Assembly (NCBI GenBank): GCA_001873845.1
Contig: MNZY01000237.1
Coordinates: forward strand, 1 to 42,453
Direction of reading: 5' to 3'
From: Candidatus Altarchaeum sp. CG2_30_32_3053
GTDB taxonomy: Archaea; Altiarchaeota; Altiarchaeia; Altiarchaeales; Altiarchaeaceae
DNA: 42,453 nt
Below, one piece after another: positions 23,001 through 32,600 of the stretch (positions are counted from its first letter, which is position 1; each line of letters begins with the position of its first letter). The notes under the pieces were generated by a model. That model was not told where the DNA came from and ran no database searches. It saw only the letters and a list, made by a program, of their open reading frames with translations. The translations under genes and the position numbers were made by a program.

Positions 23001-26000
23001 GGGAATTGGTATGAATAATGCAGATGTTTCTATTTCAAAGGTTAGCTGTTCAGCGAACATAACAACAGGAAATTATCCGAACATAGCTGGTGGAAGGTTA
23101 AACCGGGGAGAAGAGTGCGTAATCAGATATACTTTTAAATTGCCGGATAATGCATCGGGTCTGTATCAAAATATTGTATATGCAACAGCATCCACGGGAA
23201 CCGGAACAATAAATGAATCGGACAAAGCATATATCAATGTCCTGTATAATCCAAAATACGAGGTATGGAAGATCGCAGATGTCAGCAAAGTAGATATTGG
23301 TGAAAGTGTAAATTTCACAATTTTTGTCAGCAACGAAGGAAATGTACCTTTAAATTTAAGTATTTCAGATGTTCTTCCAAATAATTTCATTAACTTAACA
23401 TCATTAACTTTCATATATACCCTAAATCCCGGGAAAGATAAGAATTACACCGTTATCGCGAAACCAAATTCAGGCGCAGTTGATTCTGAAAACTGTGTGG
23501 TTGTAAACGCAACAGCCCCAAAAAATGAGGTCTTACATAAAACAGCTTGCACGGGAATTCACATCAAAAAGCCATTACTCATTATTCAAAAATGGACAAC
23601 AACCCCGTCAAGATTGCCAAACGAAAAAGCAGAATTTTATGTTATGATAAAAAACGACGGCGAGGGAATTGCAAAGAATGTAAAAGTTACAGATGAATCA
23701 GACATGACAAATTCAAGTGCTGTCATTTCTTATGAAGGAGATTGTGATTCTTTAACTATTGGCACATATCCAAGTTTAATTTCAAATGGAACTTTACATT
23801 CAAACCAATATTGCATCATTCATTATAATATGACGGTTCCAAATGTTGATGGATATACAAATATTGCAACTTTAAATGCAACCGATGCCGGGAATAAACA
23901 ATTGAATATACAAAAATCAGAAGCTTATGTTTTGGCATCCGGAATTACTCCTTCATTTTCTGTTGAGAAGTTCGTTTCCGATGGAAATCCTTTTGCAGAG
24001 AGGGGAACTTATAAGAATTTCACAGTTAAAGTGAAGAATCTTGGAAATGTTTATATAAATATTACAGATATTGATGAAACACCCCCTTATGGATTTAATT
24101 GCGCGGCTGGAAATATTGCCGGAACAACATTACAGCCGGGAGAAACAACAACAACAAATATTACCTGTTTTGTTAATAAGTCCGCTTTGGTAGGAGTTAA
24201 TGTTAATGAAGTCAGAGTATGGGCAATTGGAAATGGAGGAGTGAACATTTCCCAGAGTGATAACGAGTTTGTTATTGTTCAGGAGCCAAAATTAAAGATA
24301 GAAAAGAAAACAAATAAGAAAAATGCAAAGCCAGGAGATCCCATAACTTATACTCTGAACATTTCAAATGTGGGTGATGCTCCTGCATATAATATTTCAA
24401 TTAAAGATGTGCTGCCAAAAGGATGGAAGCCAACGGGGGGGGAATGGTTATCTTACACATGCGAATTGACTTATACTTCTTCCCGTACAAGCTTTTCACA
24501 GACAACACTTTATTTTACTGGAAATGAATTGGCTCCGGGAGCAAGTTGTAAGATTGTATATAGAATTCCGGTTCCCCCCACTACATCTACAGGAATTTAT
24601 ACAAATTACGCCACTGTTAGTGGTGCAGATAAATCAACAAAAATATTTGGATATAACGATGAAATTACAGCTTATATTAAGGGCTCACCTGTTCTTTATG
24701 TTTCTATGAGCGCGAATGCAACGTATGTAAAAAAAGGAGACACAGTTAAATTTACAACGAGAATTGAAAATTTAGGAGATGTTCAAATGAAAGATATTGT
24801 GGTAGAAATAATTCTCCCGCCGGGTTTTGAAAATTTAACCCAGACAAAAATTTCAGGATTATCATTAGATGCTGGAGCATCAACAGAAGTAAATGTAATA
24901 GCAAAGGTATTGAATGATACAAACGCGACGATCGGAGGAGCTCATGTGGCAAGGGTTTATGTAAATGCAACATCTTTTGGCGGAACAAAACTAAAAGCAG
25001 AAAGTTATGCAACTGTTTACATAACTTCAACACCACTTTCGCTGATTGGAGATATTGATGAAAAAACATTGTTTATGGGAAGTCATTTAAAAAACAGATT
25101 TATTGTTGTTAATCCTTCTATGTTTGATACGCGGGATATAAATTTAACAGTTAAATTGCCAAAGGGTTTAAAATACGATGTAAATTCAACGATGTTTAAC
25201 GGGGTTCCGTTATCGGATGATGAGAGTAATGGAATAGTTACTGAAGAAGACGGAAAACAAACCATTGAATGGAAAAATTTAAGCATGTATTCAAAGTCAG
25301 TTGGAATATTGTCATTTTCTGCTCTTGTTGAAGACGATGTTTCAGGAAAGGTTATTAATGCGTCAATAATTTACAATCAGCATGGAGAAATAAGTATAGT
25401 AGATACAAGCATAACAATAAATCAGGAATTTGTATCAAAGCCATTCTTTTATGTATTTCAAGACAAAGAAAAGGTAAATGTCAATGAGATAATTAAATAT
25501 ACAGTAATCGTTAATGATGAATTTGGCAGGTTAAATGATCCCTTTTTAAAATTAACAGCAAACGGTTTGAAAATTTTGGATGTGGAATTAAAAAACAATG
25601 AAGAAAATAGAACTTATAATGCTGTAATTAATGGAAAAATAATAAATTTAACAAATTTAACACATTCAATAGAAATAGATATCCATAGTTTACCTTTCCC
25701 AACGACAAGTCCAAAATTAAATTTAGATGCAGTTTTAACATACAACGACGGAAGTAAAATAATAAACTTACAGATAAATAAAATTACTGATCTATTAATT
25801 CCTCCGGAGGGAATAATAACAAATGTTGAATCGCAAAATTTAAATCTGTCAATAAATTTAAAGGATGTAAATTTAAATTATACTCTGCACCTAAAAAACG
25901 GGTGGAATTTAATTGGAATTCCGATAATGCCTGAGAAAACAAATTTAGAAGAAATATTGAAGCCAATTGAAGGGAAATATACAGATGTATTTACCTATAA

Positions 26001-26358
26001 CGACAGGTGGAATTACAAAAGCCAGTATATGAATAAGTGGTTTGGCGATTTAAGTGAAATTTTGCCTGGAAAGGGATACTGGATAAAGGTAGATGAAGAT
26101 TGTAATCTGACTATAACAGGAAGCGAAATAGAAAATTTTTCCTTAACTCTTAACAACGGATGGAATTTGATATCATTGCCATCTCTTGACGAAATTAATC
26201 TTGATGATATGGACGGATATACGGATGTTTTCACTTATGATGACAGATGGATTTACAAGAGCAGTTATATGAACAAATGGTTTGGCAACTTAAACACATT
26301 AAATTCAGGAAAGGGATACTGGGTAAAAGTAGAGGAACATAAAATATTTAGTAAATAA
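20002..26358 (+). CDS. Giant (2118 aa) secreted DUF11-repeat surface protein with N-terminal Cys motif and C-terminal twin GWNL/GKGYW module
   Basis: 6.4-kb ORF. The signal-like N-terminus is VAFTFIFISSLALVLFVLNADA|EC. It is followed by CASPACCGVCENYINDSANIS and repeated units such as VKPGESIFYTLNISNEGDAPAYNISIKDVLPKGW. Confidence 0.95.
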   Translation: MNPKVNIRNVAFTFIFISSLALVLFVLNADAECASPACCGVCENYINDSANISVNFPVLIVNKSVNPATFEQGELVEFKIEVLNIGNVSAYELSMKDILNEDLDYVQSKYDNSSSNYLIYKFVFNVTGNGEYSCQKSDGGWFSDSSQCVPKENIDFHYLSDTNELTWGKYGSSGGKELPPKVAYVIKFYARAKENASAGNLTNNVTIKANYDQHQYVCTAPASCQGGSCKGADGGSCPNNGLCYCDNCVSQPSGDCSDTSIKLSDHSDINLPPSITPNLNSSANFTILPKSEIYITKGINSTANKFTVGEIIPFVLNINSNLNETNATLTDVKVTDNLPYGIEFLNATLCNETNNALNSTTQPQLNQNSSDDPQASTILTFNIGNLTKDVSNIKICIYTKVASDASNAYGALKNDARVYASNNQTYETKNLSDAAEKYFYILKPASLKISKKTLTTNVVPNSIATYEITVWNEGDSEAVNITIFDPLPCNFTYINNSCNVTENNTDTNLTCPDENTTEPSFNISKIEGHSRIVFTFNVSVPNNVSGMCGNTIVAEAKDTSGNNLTVNYISQTSYIYTEHGFGYLQVNKEVINNKLFAVGEIVQYKIKVRNSGSVQSVNNVQLKDFLPMGMKFANISIQNCNVSNITGNYSTNGEILICNIGSVVPNETKIYYLNATVMDYKPVMVNKVEVNGSTSNGEQWFKDNIAVYVGKAKLKIEKKANKNNVKPGESIFYTLNISNEGDAPAYNISIKDVLPKGWKPTEGGEWLSYTCELTYTSSRTSFSQTTLYFTGNELAPGASCEIKYRVQAPSNASGGLYQNDAEVSGNDSFGNKLDGDKTYKNVFVYEFRDMRLIKVADKTNIRVGEDVFFTIIVTNTGNVPYSVSLTDELPYGFENNTPISYDFALDRGASKTIHVGATVTNNAIPGLNANCVKASAYMGNKLVLERKDCAFVYVSSPSIDIEKWTITPTLNPGENATFFVRVKNKGTENISNLNLTDSIPGIGMNNADVSISKVSCSANITTGNYPNIAGGRLNRGEECVIRYTFKLPDNASGLYQNIVYATASTGTGTINESDKAYINVLYNPKYEVWKIADVSKVDIGESVNFTIFVSNEGNVPLNLSISDVLPNNFINLTSLTFIYTLNPGKDKNYTVIAKPNSGAVDSENCVVVNATAPKNEVLHKTACTGIHIKKPLLIIQKWTTTPSRLPNEKAEFYVMIKNDGEGIAKNVKVTDESDMTNSSAVISYEGDCDSLTIGTYPSLISNGTLHSNQYCIIHYNMTVPNVDGYTNIATLNATDAGNKQLNIQKSEAYVLASGITPSFSVEKFVSDGNPFAERGTYKNFTVKVKNLGNVYINITDIDETPPYGFNCAAGNIAGTTLQPGETTTTNITCFVNKSALVGVNVNEVRVWAIGNGGVNISQSDNEFVIVQEPKLKIEKKTNKKNAKPGDPITYTLNISNVGDAPAYNISIKDVLPKGWKPTGGEWLSYTCELTYTSSRTSFSQTTLYFTGNELAPGASCKIVYRIPVPPTTSTGIYTNYATVSGADKSTKIFGYNDEITAYIKGSPVLYVSMSANATYVKKGDTVKFTTRIENLGDVQMKDIVVEIILPPGFENLTQTKISGLSLDAGASTEVNVIAKVLNDTNATIGGAHVARVYVNATSFGGTKLKAESYATVYITSTPLSLIGDIDEKTLFMGSHLKNRFIVVNPSMFDTRDINLTVKLPKGLKYDVNSTMFNGVPLSDDESNGIVTEEDGKQTIEWKNLSMYSKSVGILSFSALVEDDVSGKVINASIIYNQHGEISIVDTSITINQEFVSKPFFYVFQDKEKVNVNEIIKYTVIVNDEFGRLNDPFLKLTANGLKILDVELKNNEENRTYNAVINGKIINLTNLTHSIEIDIHSLPFPTTSPKLNLDAVLTYNDGSKIINLQINKITDLLIPPEGIITNVESQNLNLSINLKDVNLNYTLHLKNGWNLIGIPIMPEKTNLEEILKPIEGKYTDVFTYNDRWNYKSQYMNKWFGDLSEILPGKGYWIKVDEDCNLTITGSEIENFSLTLNNGWNLISLPSLDEINLDDMDGYTDVFTYDDRWIYKSSYMNKWFGNLNTLNSGKGYWVKVEEHKIFSK
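22197..22397 (+). repeat. Near-identical ~200-nt intragenic repeat, copy 1 (contains a G8 tract at 22287-22294)
   Basis: Hand alignment to 24348-24545 shows 2 substitutions and one 3-nt indel, while the flanks diverge quickly. Confidence 0.9.
24348..24545 (+). repeat. Near-identical ~200-nt intragenic repeat, copy 2 (contains a G8 tract at 24435-24442)
   Basis: Same as above. The offset between copies is 2151 nt before the indel and 2148 nt after it, both multiples of 3. Confidence 0.9.
25885..26355 (+). other. C-terminal twin module of the 2118-aa protein
   Basis: LHLKNGWNLIGIP...GKYTDVFTYNDRWNYKSQYMNKWFGDLSEILPGKGYWIKVDEDC... then LTLNNGWNLISLP...YTDVFTYDDRWIYKSSYMNKWFGNLNTLNSGKGYWVKVEE. 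The second copy starts at 26143. Confidence 0.85.
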
Positions 26359-26367
26359 AAATAAAAA

Positions 26368-26432
26368 TAGTTTAATTTATTAATTCAATAATATATAAAT
26401 TTAATTAGTTTAATTTATTAATTCAATAATAT
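26368..26432. repeat. Direct repeat (2 x 27 nt, period 38) in the intergenic region upstream of the 3852-aa gene
   Basis: tagtttaatttattaattcaataatat occurs at 26368-26394 and 26406-26432. Confidence 0.7.
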
Positions 26433-26609
26433 CAAAATTTAATTAGTAATTGGTTGATTGTAATACAAAAAAATAAATAACTATTCAAAAAGTGCTAAAC
26501 GTATCAATGAAAATTTCAAAAAAATACATGAACGAAAAGGGTGTAAGAATCAAAAATTTAAAAATTCATTATAAAATAAATTTAACAAAAAAATTTAAAA
26601 ATTTTTAAA

Positions 26610-29600
26610 ATGGATAGAAAAAATTTGTTAAAGGGCAATGACTTTTTTGGAAATTTAAAAAATTCAGGTATTTTAGCTTTGGTTGTAATTGGAGTTGTTT
26701 TGATGTTTTTGATGTCTTCTCTGATGTTTTTGGCATCAGGACTGAACAGAATTTTGAATTTTAATAAAAATAATATTAATCTTTTAAAAAATTTTAAAAT
26801 ATATAAAATGATTGGATATAGGACTAGCTTAAAGCTAGGAGGTATTTTTGCATTAATCGTGGGTTTAATTTTTATTTTTAGTGCGGTTAATGTATCTGCT
26901 GGTGGCTGTTGCTGCTATGCAGGTAGTTGTTTGAATGAAATAAATGATACAGCAAATGTTTCTGCAGCGAATGCGTATTTAAAGGTTGATAAATTTGTAG
27001 ATAAAGACATAGTGCAGGTTGGAGATACAGTTGGTTATACTATAATAGTGAGAAATTTGGGAAATACCACCGCTTATGATGTTACGGTGAATGATACTTT
27101 GCCAATTGATATTTCTAGTGTAACTTTGGGAGATATAAATTATATATATAACATTAATGGAAACGGAGAAATACCAACATGTCAGTTTTTGTCGACAACA
27201 AATAATGAGTCAGGCAAGGTATTGTACTGTAAAATCAATAAGATACCAAAAAAAGATGAAACAGGAGCAAATGTGACAATTTTCTTCGGGGCAAAAGTTA
27301 CTCAACATACGAATGCTCCGATAAATCATACAAATAATGTCAGTGTAAATGGTTTTTATACACCATGTTCGGATACTAATGGCAATATACTTAAAGAAGA
27401 CGGAACCTGCCCGTGTACGAATCTTACTAATTGTAATCAGGTATATGGAGTATCAGATATTGCGACAGTTCAAACAGACCAAGATGGTAGTAATGGATAT
27501 AATGGTTTAAGAGATAATGCAACAGTTTGGATTGTAGGAATAGATGTGACCAAATATGCCACTACCAATTCTACACTTCAGGCAGGTGATGAAGTTGTGT
27601 TCCACATTACTATAACAAATACAGGCGATTTACAGGTTTGCAACATTACAGTTCACGACAGATTGCCTTCGGCACTTGAATTTGTAGATTCTTCCCCGGA
27701 AAATTCATCGCCAGTTACAGGAAGGGATGTTTATTTCAATTTAGGATGTTTGAATGGAAGTTTATCAACAACAATAAATATTACGACAAAGGTTAGCACA
27801 GCTGCAACAACATTATCATCGCTGAGTAATTTTGTTGAAGTTAATGGAACTGTTTATAATGCCAGTGGAAATGCAACAGATATAAATGTTACAGATGATT
27901 ATACTACTCCTCCGCAATATTTTGACAACGAAACAGGAACAAATCAAACCCCGCAGATAGGAAAGGCAACACTTTCTTTAAATAAAATCGCTATGGATCC
28001 GTGGACAAGGCCAAATAGAGAAATTAAGTATCGGGTTGAAGTAGATACAGGCGGTGCAATGGTTTATGGCGCGCAAATAACAGATCATTTACCAGGCGCA
28101 TTTCAATATATGAACAATATTATTCAATTGAATGACGGGGAGTGTACTCCAAACTCTACAACTTCATCTAATTCTACAGGAGAAGTAATATTTAATCTCG
28201 GCAATTTCACAGGGAAATGTATATTTGAATATACAGTTTATGTTCCATGGAATACAAAGGATGGATATTACAGAAATAATCAAACTTTAACTGCGAATGA
28301 TAAAAATAATCAAACATTGGCAAATGTGACTGATAATGCTCCTGTAATTGTTGATGGCAATACAAGATTAACAGTTAATAAAGATGTCGTAAATCCAAGA
28401 ATATTCCAGCCAAACGATATAATTGAATATACTTTAACTGTAAGTAATGAGGGAGATAATGAAATTCACGATGTTAATGTAACTGATTTAATTCCTTATG
28501 GAATGAATTACAGCAGTTCCTGGCTGGAAGGTGGCAATGTTTATATTCCAGGATATGATGAAGCGGCAATCGGTTCTCCAGCATGCCAGATTACATCTCA
28601 GACATGTAATACAACTCATTGTAATGTAACTGTTGGCTGTTGTAATAATGAAATTTATACTTATAATGATATTCCAAATGGAACTTCACAAACAGGAAGT
28701 GCTTCTTGCACCAATTATAATGTATCCTGCAACAACAGTAATCCACCTTCATGTACTATTTCTAATAGCAGTACTTCAACAGTTCAGATTATAGGTGACT
28801 TGAAATATACTGATCCAAGCAAAGGTTATAAAGCAATATGGCACTTTGACATTATTGGTGCCAAGACAACAAAGGTAATACATTTAAATTTAACGATTAC
28901 ATCTGATTCTGTTGGCGGGAGCAGTATGAATAAAGTTGAAGTAACAGGAATTACTCCAAACGGGGATGTTTTGTTATGGAAAGATATCGCTTCCAGTGCG
29001 AGAATAGGAAAGGCAAATTTACTGATAGAGAAATCTTCAGATACTGCAACGATAGCCGCTGGCGAGGAAGTTACTTATACTATTCGTGTTAAAAATATAG
29101 GGGAGGGTTATGCTCAAAACATAACAATTAAAGATGAGCCCGGTTCACAGATGCAATTGGGTGCGATAAGTATGGCATCATGTAATGGTGGTTCATTGTT
29201 ATCAGAGAAATATGAAGGAGGTCCGGCAACTAACTACGGTGACTCTGTAACATATATTCTGAAAAATGTGAGTTTAGCTCCAGGGAAAGAATGTGTAATT
29301 AATTATAAAGCATACACTGCCTCAACATCTCAGGAGGGATTGTATGTAAATAAAGCAACACTTAATTGGAGAGATATGTTTGGAACAGAACAGATGGCTC
29401 TAAGTACAACTGCGGCTGTTATGATATTGCCACCGGATGCTTTGATGAGTATTAGAAAACAAAGTAATGCAACCCGCGCTCAACCCGGAGAGAAGCTTAA
29501 TTACACAATAACTATTGAAAATAAAGGTAATGAAACATTAAGAGATGTTATAATAAACGATACATTGCCAGATGGATTTAAAAATTTGAGTCAAGCGTAC

Positions 29601-32600
29601 TGGGGAAATTTTAACTGTTCTAATATGCCAAACGGAACATGCGTTCGAGACATAAATAGTGATAAAAGTAATTATACTGGTGAAGGTATAGGTGGATTTA
29701 CAACAGTGACTTTATCTATAGAAGCAATAGTAACATCAAATACAACAGAAGGTTTAAATACAAACAAAGTTACAATCACGGCAAAACGACCTTCAGGAAC
29801 ACCTGTTAAAGGAAGTTCTTCACATATTTTACAGGTAAATAAGCCACATATTTCAATAACCAAATGGGCATCAACGACGATGAGAGAACCAGGACAAAAT
29901 GTTACATTTTATATTGAGGTTAAAAATACAGGTGCAGGAGATGCTAAAAATATAACTATTACAGATGATGCAACGCCTTTTGAGCATATTGGTAATGTAA
30001 GTGTTGTTTCCGGAGATTGTACTGTAAATAAGAGTGGAGACGGCAATATAACAACATTTTGGATAAACGATAATGGAACATTTAATGCATATAAAACATG
30101 CATCTTTAAATATTTGATGAAAGTTCCTGCAAATACTCCTGATGGTACATATACAAATAATGCATCACTTTCTTATCAGGATCTTAACAACACAGAATTT
30201 AGTAAATCTGCTGGAACAGATGTTTTGGTAACTATAAATTTATTCCCTGATGTTGAAAAGATAGCAAATGATACATCTTTACAACCCGGAGACAGAGTAA
30301 ATTTCACGATAAATGTTAGAAATTACGGAAGTGCAACAATGACAAATGGAACAGTTACAGATACTTTGCCCCCAGGATTTAGATGTCTAAATGCTAGCGG
30401 AATAACTAATGGAATAAATTGTTCGTGCGTTAATGATACAACAGCAATTTGTAATTTGACAGATTTAGTTGGAAATACTATAAGTAATCCTTTAAGCATG
30501 TGGGTTGAAGCAAAAGTTAATGGAAGTGCAACAGAAGGATCAAATGAAAATAATGTTTCGTTGAATGGAACAAGACCCGATGGTCTTCCAATTAACAGAA
30601 CCACAGAAGCAAAGGTGTTTGTAAATGAACCAAAGCCACAACTTGAAATTTACAAATGGACAGACACTATAAAAGCAACACCAAATTCAACAGTAATTTA
30701 TTACATTTTGGTTAAGAATACAGGGGACGGAGATGTTTATAATTTAACAATTAACGATACTATGGATTTTGGAAGCATCACAAATTATTCAACAATTCCA
30801 AATGGATCTGCAGATTGTAATACATCAACAAAATCGTGTAATATCTCACACTTATCTTCTGCAGGACAATGCCAAATTAAATTAATTGCCCTTATAAATG
30901 AAAACGCTACCGATGGAACTCATAATAACACAGTCAATGTTTCTGGATTTATGAAAGGTGGAACTGAAATAAATAAAACAAAATTGAATGACACAGAAAG
31001 TATAAATGTTGAAGCAGATGTTAAGTTAACAGTCACAAAAAAAGCAAACACAACAGAAGTAAATGCTGGAGACAATGTTACCTATACAGTTATTGTCAGA
31101 AATGACGGAGTAAATAGAGTTATGGTTAATGTTACTGATAATGCTCCTTTAGGTTTTACTTGTGTAAATAAGACCCCTAATGAAAGCGTATGGATAAATG
31201 GAAATTCGCTTGAAACTTTTACATTTGAATGTAATGTAAATTCATCAGCAACACAAGGAAATAATACTGTTGTTGTTAATGGAGTTGCAGAAAACAATCA
31301 AACATTTGATGCTAATGGAACAACAACTATTGTGTTGAATACTCCTAAATTAGAAATTATTAAAGAAGCAGTAACAGGAACTGTTGAGCAAAATGGAATT
31401 GCGACTTATAAGATTATTGTTAGAAATACAGGAACTGCGCCAGTTAAAAATATAAGTATTACGGATAGGGGTGATGGTGGTGGAGGCACATTTACTACTG
31501 CGTTAGGAGGGCCTTCCTTAGACACAGCTGCAAGCACAGGTTGTACAGGCGTTAATTCAGGTGGATTGTATCTTAGTAATAGTTCTCCTCATTATCACGA
31601 AGTGAACTTTACCACGAATGGAACCATGAATCCAGGACAACAATGCGTTTTCACTTATACTTTGACTGTGAACAGTACCGCACAGATTGGAAATTACACA
31701 AACAACGCAACGATAACAGGAGCATATCATCCCGTAGATAATTCGTCATATACTCCAACACCAGAGCCAAAAGATAATGCAACAATAAGGGTCATTCCGC
31801 AAATGAATGTTTCATTTACAAAAACTGGAAATGCAACAGCAGAACCAGGACAAAGTGTAACATTTACAATAAATATAACAAATAATAATGCCGGGGCAAA
31901 TATGACTGATGTTGTGTTTAATGATACATTGCCTGATGGATTTAATTGCACAAGCAATTCTACACAAAGAATACCAGCAAATACAGGACCAAATATTAAC
32001 TGCAGTTGTGATGGAAGACAAATAAATTGTAACATTGAAACAATAGAAAATAGCAGTACAGTAATTATAAACATCACTGCTGATGTCAATTCTTCTGCTG
32101 AATTATCTAGCACAAATCGCGCAAATGTTACATATAATGTTACAAATACAACATTAATAACATCAGAAGCATCACACACAGTCACAATATTAAAGCCACA
32201 ACTATCTGTCTTAAAAGAAAACAATGCAACAGGTGTTATTAGACCTGGACAAGATGTAAATTATACAATTACTGTTAAAAATACAGGTGGAGGAACAGCA
32301 TACAATATAAGTATAAGGGATGTTTTGGATGATGGATTAACTCATACAAGTGTCTCTAATATAAGTTGTAATGGTTTAACTAATTCTTCAACAGGAACAA
32401 ATGCAATTGATTTCAACATATCTTCTTTGGCAAATAACAGCAACTGTAAATTTAATATCACTGTTCATGTTCCAGAGCAAGTAAATAATTCAGTTTTTGG
32501 AAATACAATTAACATAACTGATGCACAATTTGGTGATGGCACACATTTAAATTCAACCTATGGAATTGGAGAAAATGCAACAAGCGATATAACAGTTCAG

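Noticed and set aside
22197-24545. A diversity-generating retroelement template/variable repeat pair as the explanation for the near-identical ORF2 tracts.
   Set aside because: There are only two substitutions, so there is no adenine-specific mutational spectrum. No reverse transcriptase or accessory gene is in the window. The tracts are internal DUF11 units, not a C-terminal C-type-lectin-fold VR.
26507-26608. A 33-codon highly basic small ORF (MKISKKYMNEKGVRIKNLKIHYKINLTKKFKNF) ending 1 nt before the ORF3 ATG.
   Set aside because: Lys/Asn-rich short ORFs arise readily in A-rich intergenic DNA, and nothing else supports it. It may deserve a look only if Ribo-seq data exist.
31727-32224. A 165-aa minus-strand ORF, together with the many 60-118-aa antisense or alternate-frame ORFs listed inside the giant genes (e.g. 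38995..39351 -, 24752..25069 -, 2570..2791 +, 1208..1414 +).
   Set aside because: All are fully embedded in much longer, clearly coding + strand ORFs. Their products are low-complexity or repeat shadows (e.g. MNWLREQ.VRL appears twice only because of the ORF2 duplication). None has an independent start context.
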